From Lama glama (lineage: Eukaryota), in the NCBI GenBank assembly GCA_028534125.1, contig CM052820.1, forward strand, positions 372,001-436,000: 64,000 bases of DNA, written 5' to 3'. Below, one piece after another: positions 1 through 12,052 of the stretch. Within the stretch, counting starts at the first letter, position 1, and every line of letters begins with the position of its first letter. The notes under the pieces were generated by a model. It did no database searches and had not been told where the DNA came from. It was given only the letters and a program-made list of their open reading frames with translations. Made by a program: the position numbers and the translations under genes.

Positions 1-444
1 CTAAAGGTAAAACTTTTTTCTTCAAGGAAAGAAGTCTATCTTTGTGGTCTGGTTCTAGTTGCTAAGAGCCAGCGGAGCCTGTCAAGGCTAACTGGGGCCC
101 TCCACGTGAGACTGAGGCTGACTGGCGTGGGGACGCATTTCAGCTGGGCTGGAGGAGCTTGTGGCCCCAGCAAGAATCTGACCATTTCCTGCCCAGGGCA
201 AGGGGCGTCCCATGTTTGGTGCGGTCACCCCACAGTTTAGGTCTCAAGTCTGTTGGCATCAGAAGGGGCTCTGAGATTAGGAGGGAGAGCCTACTGAGCT
301 CCAGGCCCAGGTGGAAGAGGCTGGTCACGCAGGAAGCGCGCGGAGGGCCTGGTGCACCAGGCAGTGACAGCTGCAGCAGGGGCACACAGGGTCAGAGGTC
401 ATGGCCACGCTGGGCAGCCCGGCCGGGACACATGTGCACCTTAC

Positions 445-590
445 ATGAGCATGGTCCTCAGCTTCAGAAAGTCGTTGTGCTCTGGGTTCTCCACCTCCAC
501 GACGCCCCAGGGGTAGAGACGGCCTCTGACCTTCTTGCCTTTGGCTTCAATCAACTGATTGGACCCAACCACAGAAAATGGGATACTGGC
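445..590 (-). CDS. SEPTIN2: SEPT2 exon 9 ([49 protein letters not shown]), 146 bp
   Basis: Acceptor ctctttctag|GCC, donor CTCAT|gtaagg; contains the septin unique element (GRLYPWG...HNDF). Confidence 0.97.
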
Positions 591-958
591 CTAGAAAGAG
601 ACGCAGGGAAGCCCCATGTTCTCCACGAACACAGGGACGTGAGCACCAACTGGCACACTGCTGCTGGCGACAAGGCTTTCTCGGAAAGCGAATGGCACAC
701 ACTTCTCTCGTGCATGGCAGGTATTTTCCACATGGGTCAAAATGCATGAGAACAAATTAAACCTCCAGCAAGACTTCTAAGCCTTAGGTGATAGCTACGG
801 TCAAACACATTTAAAGAAGAAACACTACTAAAACCAAACCTACCCCGCCGCAGAGGCTGTCCTTCCAGGACCTGGCTCTCTGCCAACTCCTTCCATTTTA
901 AATGCACCAATGACAGGAAGCAGGAGTTACTACCTGGGCACTTGGAGACAGCTCCTAC

Positions 959-1060
959 CTTGAGAAGTCTAGTCTGCTCTTTAAAATCTTCATCTTCGTC
1001 TGACTCTGCATCAGGTAAGTGATAGATTTTGATGTTATGTTCTTCAATTTCATCGAGAAT
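959..1060 (-). CDS. SEPTIN2: SEPT2 exon 8 ([34 protein letters not shown]), 102 bp
   Basis: Acceptor ttctttcag|ATT, donor AAG|gtagga; peptide visible inside ORF 737..1096. Confidence 0.97.
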
Positions 1061-3463
1061 CTGAAAGAATGACCAAACCAGGAGCAGTCTTAGCAAACTG
1101 CATACTGTTTCAGTCAGGTCTAACTCATCATATTAGAAATATGTCAAAATTACCCAAATGTCAATAAAGAATCAAATGGATCATAACCATTATCAAATGA
1201 TTTTGTTAACTGCCAAAAAGGTACTCATGCCTGCACTCTGAAGGGTCCTCTGCCCAGAACAGTAACGTCGCACCATCACCTTCGACGTACAAAGCAGCAG
1301 ACTACGGACGGCGCCAGGTCAGAGGCTCAAAGGAAACCACACCACTACCAGCCTCAGGAGGGAGCCTTCCAGGGAGAGGAGGGACATGCGCCCAAGGCGC
1401 GGAGGGGAGGGAGCTCGGCTCACAGACTAACAAGGGGGGACTAACAAGAGGTCCAGGCTGGCTGGAACCTAAGACGTCTATCTAGCTGGATGAGATGGAA
1501 GAAGGACTGGCTCCCTAACAACCATTCCCTCAACGTCAGCAAGGGCTCTAGGGATCTGGACGACAGGCAGGACGTGGCCAGCAGTGCAACGGCACACCCT
1601 GAGCTGTCAGCCCTGCAGAGCAGCCCAGAGGGAGAGAAAACCTGGGCTGGAGCGGAAGGCCGCAGTCACTCACCAGTCAGCCCACTAAACCCCAGCCCCC
1701 AACTCCCCTGCACTCGGGTGCTCCAGGCAGGCTGGGCCTCTGCTTACCCTCCCCCAGAACCTGGGCCTTCAAGCCAAGCCAGCAGGAAACACCCCTACTT
1801 TCAACGTGCTCCCAGATCTGTTCCTCCTTAAGGGCCCTGTGTGGTCAAAGATCTAGGATGAAGCCACAGTCTGCACTAAGTCAGGGTTCAAGGAAAGGCC
1901 TTCCTCCCGCATCCTCCACCTCGCTCACGGTTGCTGGTTCCTAAGCGAGATGCAGGAGAAGCTGAGCAGTGAGCAAGAACCTGCTCTGCCTGCTCTGTTC
2001 CCGCCTACGACCACCCCGCGGACCCCAGCAAGAGGGACAAACACAGGTCTGAGGGAGCACAGGAGTAAGCTGTGTAGAGCTGGAAAAGAGGAGGGAGCAA
2101 GTAATGACCGAAAGTAATTATATGCTTCTCAGTCTGGGTGACTGCAAGAACTGTGGGACCATTTACAGGCAGGCAGGCTGAGAGAAGAGGGCTCCCGTGT
2201 ACGCACACGAATCCACGGGAAAGAGAAGTGAGGTTCTCTGAAGAGAAAAGCAGAAGTCACATGAGGCGGTGTGAACCAGGCAACATTAAGTCACACGGAC
2301 ATTCAGGGGTCAGGAGACAGGAAGGTGGTAAACAGGCAGAAGAACCTCCTCAGGAAGCACAGCAAGCCCTGCCGGGGAGGCCCAGGCTGACTGCGCGGCT
2401 GCACACGGAAGCCAGGGGAGGGTGGTCACACCAGGAGGTTTACGACGACACCCGAGGACAGGTGGACAGGGCGCCACGGGGGGCTCCCCAGACGAGGCAG
2501 GAGAAGCACATTACAGGCCGGCGGGAGAACCAGACCAGGAGGAGCGATAAAAAGGGTTCCGCTCGTTTCAGACTCTGAGCTCAGCCTGAAGAATCTGGGC
2601 TACACAACCAGATGCCAACCTGACAGCCTCCCCTCCTACCTGTCCCACGTCTAACCTGACTGCCTATGAAAGGTGAAGACCCCTTCAGCGCGAACTGCTG
2701 AAATGCTGTCAAGCATAAAAACACCTAAGCTTTCGGGGGCCCCTCCAAGGGCCTGAGTATTTCCTAGAAATCTGGCAGGCACTCGAGATAAGAAAGGAAA
2801 AGGCTAACTAAACACGGGTATATACAATCTGAAACTCTGCTACGAACAGAAGACAGCAGGAAAAACATGAACACACGAAGTCAAGCTCTGTGAAGTCACC
2901 TGCACCATGACAGCCAATGTCTAAAAACATACGAGTATCTAGGAGTCAAAAGACACAACAAAGTGGAGCACGCTTCTCAGCAGGCTTCACCTCCAGCTGC
3001 GTGACAGGCAGCTCGCACCAGCCAGCGGGCAAGGACAAACAGGAACGGTGCCGTCTCCCTTTCTCGAAGGGGGACTCCTTACAGAAACCGGTGGCACATC
3101 CAGAACCCCCCCCCAGGGGAGAAGCACACGCTCACACTCTGCTCTGGGGACACCAACTGTCACACAGCTCCGAGGTGGATGCAGCCATCTTTCAAAGGTT
3201 GAAGTGTGCATGTTTCCTTTCTGAGGCTCTGTCTGACTACGCAGTTGTGAGAAGGCGGTGTACTCAGTGCTGACAGCACAGACCTGAGGGGGCCTCCTCT
3301 GTGCCAGGCACTGCCCTAAACTTTCGGAACATGCGAGTGAGCAGGGACCCCTGACGGCCAGGAACACGAGAAAGCAAGCCACACATGAAACCTTCATGAA
3401 AGCATGATATTAAAAACTACAGGTAAATGTCAGATGTGGGTGCAAAAGCACCCAGACTCCCCA

Positions 3464-3711
3464 TGCAGGCCCCACGTGCTCCCCAATCCCCTGGTCCTCT
3501 GTCCTCTGCTGCAGGCCCCACACACTCCCCCAACCCGTCTCCCCTGCAGGCCCTGCACGCTCCCCCGTCCCCTCTGCAGGCCCAGCACGCTCTCCCATCC
3601 CCTGGTCCCCTGTCCCCACCCCCCCCAGCAGGTTCCGCACGCTCCCCTGTCCCCTCTGCAGGCCCCGCATGCTCCCCCATCCCCTGGTCCTCTATCCCCT
3701 GCTGCAGGCCC
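3464..3711 (+). repeat. GC-rich minisatellite/VNTR with units of about 29-50 bp starting (c)tgcaggccc, running into an assembly gap
   Basis: About seven unit starts of the form tgcaggccc...gcacgctcccc...cccct; some units carry an extra ggtcctctgtccc segment. Confidence 0.85.
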
Positions 3712-3811
3712 NNNNNNNNNNNNNNNNNNNNNNNNNNNNNNNNNNNNNNNNNNNNNNNNNNNNNNNNNNNNNNNNNNNNNNNNNNNNNNNNNNNNNNNNN
3801 NNNNNNNNNNN
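3712..3811. other. Assembly gap (exactly 100 N), probable location of SEPT2 exon 7
   Basis: N run between exons 6 and 8; the expected LKPLDV...KKR exon is not found elsewhere in 1061-3874. Confidence 0.85.
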
Positions 3812-3874
3812 CAGCTGGGGAAGCTGGGACTGCACACAGCAGACACGGGGGGCTCCCAGAGAGGGTGTGCTGAC

Positions 3875-4009
3875 CCGTGCCCGAAGGGCGAGACGAAGTA
3901 GAAGCAGCAGTGCACCCTGTTGTCCACGATGTGCCGTCTGTTCAAGCCACTCTCGTCGTGCAGATAGCGCTCAAACTGCTCGTCCACGTAGGAGATGATG
4001 GTCTTAAAG
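3875..4009 (-). CDS. SEPTIN2: SEPT2 exon 6 ([46 protein letters not shown]), 135 bp
   Basis: Acceptor ccaccag|CTTT, donor CACGG|gtcagc; peptide visible in ORF 3430..4026. Confidence 0.96.
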
Positions 4010-4774
4010 CTGGTGGAGACACACACTCACAGTCTGGGACCCGGGTGGCAGGAAGCCCCTAGCTTCCAAGGCTAAATGAGTGTTTCCATCCCTTGCCTCC
4101 CTACCAAATAGAACTCAGCACTTTATTTGTAAGGCGGGAACAGAAAGCTGACCCTAGGTTTGGCAAGACAAAGGTTTTTGGAAATGGTGTCGAAAACAAT
4201 CTCCTCTAAGTGGTGTCTGAATGGAACAGGTTACAAAGAGGCTGCGCTGACTGAGGACAGAGCAGAGGGGCTGGGGCTGGGGCGGGAGCAGATCACGTGT
4301 GGAGACCAGGGGCACTGGGCTGGGAAGCGGACACCGTTGGCCGCCTCGGGCCCAGGAGAGTCTGTGTTCTCCGCACAGAGCAGGACAGACTGCGCGGGTA
4401 TCCGGCTCCTTGACTTCATTTGTGTGAATGTTGCCAACAGCAGCCCATCACAGACACCAAGACCTCAGTGAGTCCTTAGGAGACCTCAGCTCCTCAAACA
4501 CAGAAAGGGGGGGCTGCACTGCAACGCCCTGTCCACTGGCCAAGGCTCCTAGTGCAGGGTTTTGTTCACACCAGGCCTGCGGCCCGGCCGGCCCCGCGAC
4601 CCCAGACCTCCGCGGAACACTAGAGAAAAGCGCTCATTCCCTGTGAAAGCCCTCCCCTGAGCAGCTGTAACTAACCTGACATGGACTGCCTCACACCCGG
4701 CTGCCAGCAGCCGCGGCTCACACCCTCTGGCACAGGTGCGAGCAGCCGCAGGCCCCGCGGCCCTGCGCACGTAC

Positions 4775-4898
4775 CAGTCCCTGCAGTTGATAGCATCCCC
4801 GTAGCCTGGCGTGTCCACCACCGTCAGGCGCAGCTTCACACCTCGCTCCTCAATCTCAACGGTTGAAGCCTCAATTTGGACAGTCCTTTCAATTTTTT
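4775..4898 (-). CDS. SEPTIN2: SEPT2 exon 5 ([42 protein letters not shown]), 124 bp
   Basis: Acceptor ttttttag|AA, donor GACTG|gtacgt; G3 motif DTPG. Confidence 0.97.
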
Positions 4899-5660
4899 CT
4901 AAAAAAGAAGCAAACTTTGTAGGAGAGCATATCTTAAAACTGAGTCAGTTCCCAGACAGGAGAAGTCCCCTCTTGCTGACTCATCATTAAACAAACGACT
5001 CAGAAGCTCCCGTCCGCCTCTGAGAACGGCTCTCAAAAGGGAGCACGACGACTGTGGAGACAGCCCGGGTCGGCAAGGGAGACCCCACAGCTAAGGTTAG
5101 AGGGGCCTGGGAGGGTAAAAGGCCAATGCTGAAGACGACCATTTCTGTTCCTGAGACAAAGAAAACAATTCCCGGATTCATTTAAAACCTGAATTCAAAA
5201 CTACTGCCAAAGGGCTGCAGTCCTGCACTGGCGGGGCCCGGGTGCCGCGCAGGCTGTGTGCACAGCTTGCTCACTCGACAGCCTCCAGAGGCCCATGCTG
5301 GACACTCCACCCCCCACCCCCCAGATAAAGGGTCAGACAACACCCTTTCCCACGGCAGTCTTCCACGTACACAGATATTTCTCCCGAGCGAGAACATTTT
5401 CACCCGATACCCCATCAAACAGGTAACACAGGCAGAACCGCCACACATCACAGACAAAGAAGACGAGTCTGGAGAGCTTGGGACACGGCACAGGGCCAGA
5501 GCCCACAACCAGGACGGGGGCATCAGGGGCACACCCTTCCTGCCCCTGTGGTGCTTCCTTGGGCCCGAAGCCGACACACACGTGTGCAGCACGAGGCCAC
5601 GGTGCACCCCCAAGCAGCTTTCAGTGCAGCTGCAGTGGGACAGAGCGGCATACCCCATAC

Positions 5661-5747
5661 CTGCGGCTCCAGGGATGACTCTTTCTGGATAGAGATCAGT
5701 CAGGAATAAGCTGTTTATGAGAGTCGATTTTCCGAGGCCGGATTCAC
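5661..5747 (-). CDS. SEPTIN2: SEPT2 exon 4 ([30 protein letters not shown]), 87 bp
   Basis: Acceptor tctcaag|GT, donor GCAG|gtatgg; P-loop GESGLGKS. Confidence 0.97.
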
Positions 5748-8149
5748 CTTGAGATGAGAGGGAAAGGCTGTCAGGGGGCCGTCCGTGGGACCAGGGCCCT
5801 CATGTCACTCTGAGCCCTCAACCACCACAGACTCGGCTCAACTCTCCCGTCTGTTCCAGGGCAGAGTGCCGTCGGAGCAGCAGGGTCTGGACGGGAATCC
5901 AGGTCTGTGAGACTTCAGAACTGGTTACCGTGAGACCAGAAACACAGCCTGCCCCCTTCCCATGTATGTAGAATAGACTTCAGAGGTGGATCTTTATTTT
6001 CTGATGAGTAGAACGCAAAGTGGGTTTTCAACTATGGGTTCTGCTCATTTTTAAATGCATTACATTTTCAGAAAACTGAACGCAACTCCTAATCCAACAA
6101 TGTCAGTGGCACTCCAGCTTCCTGAGCTGTGGGGACAGGGAACAGGAAAGGGGACAGGACGACCCCCTGGTGCACTTCACTCTGCAGTTCCCTCTGTCAC
6201 ACCCCCACACTGGCAACCACCCTGTGTCAGACGGCTCTCCTGCTCACCTGGCTGAGTATAACACGGCCAACTCACACATTCACGCAAGCACTTAACGAAT
6301 CAAAAATCACCTTTCAACCACCGTTAACTACGTGTTCTGATTACGTGAAGTTCAAAGAAGATACAAAATACTATAATTAGAATTTATATTCAAAGGAAAC
6401 ATGAAGAGATTGCACCACTTTACTGCAGGTCATCATCTAAGGCTTAGCTCTGCTTGGAAAAGTGCTTCTGAACTCCGACCCAGACCGTCCCCTGCGCATC
6501 TTGGTTTGACCCCTCCCCCGAGTCCTGCACAGCATGTGGAAGGAGCACACACCTGTTTTAAAAATCATTACCTCTGGGAAAATCAGCAACAAAAGACTGA
6601 ATCTGAAATTTGCAGACATACAAAATTAGGGCTGCATTTTAGTTACACTGCAACATTCACAGATGAAAAGGAATGTTAGAAGGAAAAAACCAGAATCACA
6701 TGTTGCACATGTCCAAATGTCAGAGTAAAAACGTGACTAAACACATACTGTCCCTTCTAACAAACTGTAAAGCAATGCCCTGTGCACTCTTGAGTGCACC
6801 TGCAGGTGACTTCACCAGGATGTGCCAAGTCCCCTGAGCGCCTGGCACAGATAGGTGCAGGGACACGGCAGAGAAGAGGACAGGTAATTCCCTGCTCCTG
6901 TGGAACCTTGCAATCCAGTGGGGAAGGTCACAGACAAAGCCACTCTGTCACGAATGAGGAACTGTGGACAATAGAGCTGAAACAGGACCGAGCCCAGAAG
7001 ATGGCAGAGCAAAGGTGTCTGATAGAGATGGCTGATTCCAGACTCTGAATCTTCATTCAAGGGCAGAAGGGATTATCTCACTTGGAATAGCTTTCAGGTC
7101 ACATCTACAAATCATCTGCTAACTCAGAACCTGATGCCACTCTCAGGCTGCATCTCTGAGCGCACATGGCTTTGCTCTGTTCTGCTTTCGCAAACATCTC
7201 CATCCCGAAGGTTCTCAATTGGGGGAAACAAGAAGAGGTGTGGACCAGTGTAAATCCATCACCATCAGGAAATTTCAACACAAGACCTCCTGGGGTCCGC
7301 TACCTTAATTACCTGTTACCCTTTCAAAGCAGTACCAGTGAAGACGGAACGGGGTGCGAGGCATTTGGAGCTGACAACACGGCTTGTGTTTCCACCACCA
7401 GGAAGACGCCCTGCAGCAGGCACCAGAGGTGCAGACGCCCAGCAGCCCGAACCCCACCAAGGAGGCCGTGCAGAAGGCCCGAGGCCAGCACTCTGAGTGG
7501 TCGGCCCTTCTGTTCAGACTTCTGTCTTGAGCCGGGAGGCCAGGAGGAAGCAGAGCACTCCAGACAAGGGAATGACAGGCCCCACAGCCTAGAGCCGCCA
7601 CCACTGCAGGCTCCCGTGCCCCAGGAAGGAAAACCTGTAACACACCCCACCAGTGAGCCAAGCACGCCAGTCATTTTGCTTGGAGGTCGGTTTTCACTTT
7701 CCTAGCTTAGTTCTAGAGTTCTTGGTGCTTGCTCTGTAACCCTCTTGTGAATTTGGCACAAGTCCTAACCATCCTGTGGACTTTCTACCAGGAAGCACAC
7801 TTGGCAATGAGCTCTACATTTTTAATCTTGCTTTGCTGACACGTGTAGCTTCCACCTGCTTGGCGAAGCCGTCACCAACTGCCACCATCTGACTAGACCC
7901 TCCGCAGCACCGTCTTCATGTTCTCACAGACAACCTGCCACCTGACTGCCTTCCTTGATCGCTAACAACTTACTTGTGATTTAAAAATTCCTTGCAATTT
8001 GTTGCCCAAAGGTGTGAAATTTCCTGTTTCTTCAGAAGTCTGCCCCAAGCTAGGTGTGCTGCAGTTTCTCCGAGGCCCATTTTTCCTAAGCAAACGTGCT
8101 GCTGAGGAAGGTTCTGGGTGTTGCGCCCCTATGTTCCCCACAAGCCAGT

Positions 8150-10500
8150 GGTTTCAGCTGCTTGATTCTGCAGAAACACACATACAGTGCATTACAGCAC
8201 AACTGTGTCAAGCTTCTTTACATATTGCAAGACTGGCCACAACCTCATGAAGATGTCCGTGTCCATCTCACGAGGAACGAGTCTCCTTTTCTTGCCGTTA
8301 GCAACAGGGTGATGCCGGGCCAGATCCTCGCACCATGCCGGGCATCTCTGGTGAATGTTCCACAAGCACCTGAAAAGCACAGGCATTTTCCCGCTGCTCA
8401 GCAGTGCTGTCAACTGGGCCATGCTGTGTGACCGAATTTAAATATCCTACAACATTACTGGTTCTGTTTCGTGAGTTACTGCAAGGAGTGTTAAAATCCG
8501 GTTCCTACAGAGTTCTCTGCCTCCCAGCAGGCTGCGCACCAAGCCATCGCAGAGCAGCTGTAAGGCGCGCATGGGAGGACATGGCCCTGGACAGACGCCT
8601 TCTCGCTCCAGCACGGGTCCTGCACCTGCGGGAGGCTCAGGGGGGTGACCTCAAGTGCACTCAATGCTCACGCAGCCACTTCAGCTTTCCCAGGACGGGG
8701 GCCTGCAGGGCAATGTCCCATCCCTTGAGTTTACCTCATCTGTGCCTCTCACTGAAACTTTCTCCTCCTCCAGCCTGATGACACCTGCCGTTCACTTGTG
8801 CCTCGTGCTGCCTGCGTACCTAAGACCACTCGCTGCTGTGCGCACGTCTGCCCCCTGCTGCCCACTCCCCACTGCCTCATTCCCCTGCTTCTGGACAAAA
8901 CACTCTTTCATACTCTACTTTACCAAAGCTACTGGCTTTCAGCCAAATCTTTTATTTCCTCCAGTGGCTGCTAGCTGGGCAGCCGCGCTTCCAGCAGGGC
9001 TCTGCCCCTGGGGAGCAGCGTGCAGGGGTCACAGCAGCACCCCACTCCGCCCTCGTGCTCTCCTTGCTCAGTGTCAGTTATCGTCAATTCCCTTTGAAAG
9101 ACATTTAAGAGGCAAGAAAAAATCTTGTATTTGCCAACACATCTCCCATTTCCAGTGCTTCCCCTTCTCTGCAAACGTGTAGACTCTCATTTAGTCCTTC
9201 TTATGGTGTAGGTCTGATACTGATAAATTTGTTCAGCTTATTTATCTGAAAATGTCTTTGTTTCATCTTCTCTTTTTAATCCTCATTTTGAAGATTGTTT
9301 CTGATGAACACAGAACCTGAGGCTGACGGTTTTGTACTCTCGGTACTTTCAGTCCACAGGGCTCACGTTCTTCCTGATGAGAAGTCAGTGGTCTTTTTCA
9401 CCTTTGGTCCTCTGTGTGTAATCTGTTTTTCTTTTTTTCCGGCTACCTGTAGGATTTTTCTGTTCGCCAGTGGTTTCCACCTATCCGCTGCCGTCTAGAC
9501 TTATTCTGCCTGGTGTCTGTTTTAGTTCGGACGCGTTCTGTTGACCCTTTGTCTTCCGCAGTATAACTTGCTGTTGGGCCCACTAGGAAATGTTTCATCT
9601 CAGGTGTTGGACATACTTTTTTAATCTCTAGAAGTTTCATTTTCCTTCTTTCTAAAAATCTTCCATTTACTTCATCACCTTCATATTTCCCTTTTAAGCA
9701 CAGAAGCACATTTAAAACAGCTAAGTCAGGTCTGCCAATCCTATCATCTGTCATTTCTGACCTGTTTTTACTGCCTGATTTCTCTCCTGGTTATGTGCCA
9801 CGTTTTTTTTTTTCCTCTTTGCATATCTAGGAACTTTTTATTGGAAGTTCAATATTGTGACTCTTACACTATAAATGTCTGGATTTTGACGTCTGTCTTC
9901 AGTAAGTGATGGGATTTGTCCTGGCCAGTACTTAATTTATTTGTAAGTGAGCTTGATCCTTTCAAGGCTTGTTTGTGAGCTCCTCCACACGGACTTTACT
10001 GAATGCCATGGGTGTTCAGCAGGACGTCCCCCTGCTTGGTTGGAATTCCGGCATCTCCTGACTCCACTCCAACTTCCCAGTTCTGTGCAGCCTCCAGTTC
10101 GACTCTGTCTCCTGCTGGCTACACTCTGCCCAGATCCACGGAAGCTTACCCTGCCCACAAGGTGAGTGTCAGCCGTGGTGCCAGAGGGACCCCAGGGGAG
10201 GTCCGTGGAGCCCTCTGTCTTCCTGGGAGCTCTGCCTCACTACTGCAGGTTCATTACTCAGCTTCCTTGAGCTGTGACCCCATTCTTCCACTGAGACCAG
10301 GTGCTCTGCTTGATTTACCCTCCCTGGGGCAAGGGCAGGCAGGCGGCAGAAAGCTGGAATGACTTTACAGTTCATATAATTTGATCCCTTCTCTCAAGGA
10401 CCAAAGTCCTGCATTGCCTGTTCAATGTCCTAAGAGAACTGCTTCATACATTTTGACCAGCCTTCCAGTCACTCACACCAGGAAGACTAGTCTGGTATAG
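8150..10500 (-). mobile_element. Old degraded LINE-1 (L1M-type) fragments
   Basis: T-rich tracts resembling antisense L1 body (gtgaatgttcca...; ttatctgaaaatgtcttt...; ttcctgatgagaagtcag). Boundaries approximate. Confidence 0.55.
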
Positions 10501-10506
10501 TTACTT

Positions 10507-10713
10507 CATGGTTCGGCAAACTACGGAGCCCTGGCAAATCCACCTGCGACCTTGTGAACAAGCCGCCTTGCTAGAACAGCCGTCCACAGGTGCGCTGTCC
10601 GGGCCATCTCCCCTGACGCCTGTGGGGCTGAACAACTGCACCAGAGGCTGCCTGGCCCCCAAAGCCTTAAGTGTTTACTGCCCGATCCTTACAGAAAGAG
10701 TCTGCCAACCCTG
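10507..10713 (+). mobile_element. MER58A-like hAT-Charlie DNA transposon remnant
   Basis: Terminal inverted ends catggttcggcaaac ... gtctgccaaccctg and internal ggcccccaaagccttaagtgtttact...ccttacagaaa. Confidence 0.65.
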
Positions 10714-11269
10714 AGCTATCCCCTCATGCCAGAAGTAGAAGTGGTTGGTCTTGAATCCTCTAAAGCCAAGCAGCCAGGCGCTAGGTTGCACTGCACATCC
10801 CTTTTCCACCTGCGCCACCACCGTCATGTAACTGTGCCCCTAAAACCTGTCTCCACGCACTTCTCTGGACCAAGGGCCCTACAGTCCCTCCCACCTCAGA
10901 TCTGTCCACTACTCGCCCCAAGAAACAACCACCTGTCCTCGCACACACGACCAGCCCATCAAGCTCCTCTCACAGCTACCTCATCGTTTTTGAGAATTCT
11001 GTGGTTATCGAGAATGAAAATGTGATCTGAATTAACAGTTCATCAAATTAAGCTGGTCATGGACATGCTGAAACACGTGCATGCTACAGTCCATGATAAA
11101 ATATACCTGGTGTAACAGAAAATAATTTCAGGTAATCACTCCATTTCAAAAGACTTGAAGAAATCACGCTTAAAATTTATGCAGCAAGGACTGTTCCTTG
11201 CTTGAAATAAACCCACCAAAGAACCCTGAGTTACTTTTTATTAATATTAAATAAACAAGTCATTTTTAA

Positions 11270-11710
11270 AGTGTAACAAATTATTGTAAAACTCAGAGGC
11301 CTAAACCAACAACAAACATTTATTGCGTGACAGATTTTTGGGCCAGGAGTTTGGGAGTGTCTAAGGTGGGTGGCTGTGGTGTGAGGGCCAGTCCTGCGGT
11401 AACAGCCCATCAGCCAGGATGGCAGCATCAGCTTCCCTGGGCTCAGATGGCATTTCTGGGACGGGCCACAGCTCCCTGCCTTGTGGGACGCTCTGGGAGG
11501 CTGCCTGAGTGTCCCCCAGAGTAACTGATTCAAGACAAGGCAAGGCGCAGCCGCTAGGTTCTGTGACCCAGTCACGACGTCACACACCTATTTCTGCAGT
11601 GTCCTGCTGGCTAAACAGGAAGCCCTACTCAGTGTGGGAGGGACCAGAAAGTGTCGTGAATTCCAGGAGGTAAGGAACACTTGGGGCCACTTCAGAGGCT
11701 GGCTGTCACA
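11270..11710 (-). mobile_element. MLT1 (ERVL-MaLR) solo LTR
   Basis: gtaacaaattat...aaactcagaggcctaaaccaac...atttatt and 3' end aggaacacttggggccacttcagaggctggctgtcaca, typical of an antisense MLT1. Confidence 0.65.
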
Positions 11711-11931
11711 ATGAGTAAAACTTCCACGACATATGAATAAGGAAATGACAGAAGTTATAACTTTGCTCTTCAGCAAAATTTTCTAAAGAATTTCCCCCAC
11801 TAAATTCCTAAGTTATTTGATTCTGCCAACAAAGGAATTTTCCCTTTGACTTTACAGGTCATGCTATTACAATCTACTGATTGGGAAGGGGAGATAATTA
11901 CAAATTTAATAAACTTGAGTTAATTTCTTAC

Positions 11932-12052
11932 CGACCACCATCAGTGTGAACTCAAAACCTTTTTTCACTGATTTTCGGTGAACTTGATTGGGAAGATTTG
12001 CAAATCCAACATAGCCTGGAGTTTCTGGATTTATAAACTGAGTTGGTTGTTG
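11932..12052 (-). CDS. SEPTIN2: SEPT2 exon 3 ([41 protein letters not shown]), 121 bp
   Basis: Acceptor tattttag|CAA, donor GTCG|gtaaga; includes the polybasic region HRKSVKK. Confidence 0.97.

Noticed and set aside
159-749. 196-aa plus-strand ORF
   Set aside because: Antisense shadow of SEPT2 exon 9 plus intron; no recognisable protein features.
3404-3901. Several ORFs crossing the VNTR and N gap
   Set aside because: Open only because of the repeat and Ns; only 3875-4009 (-) is coding.
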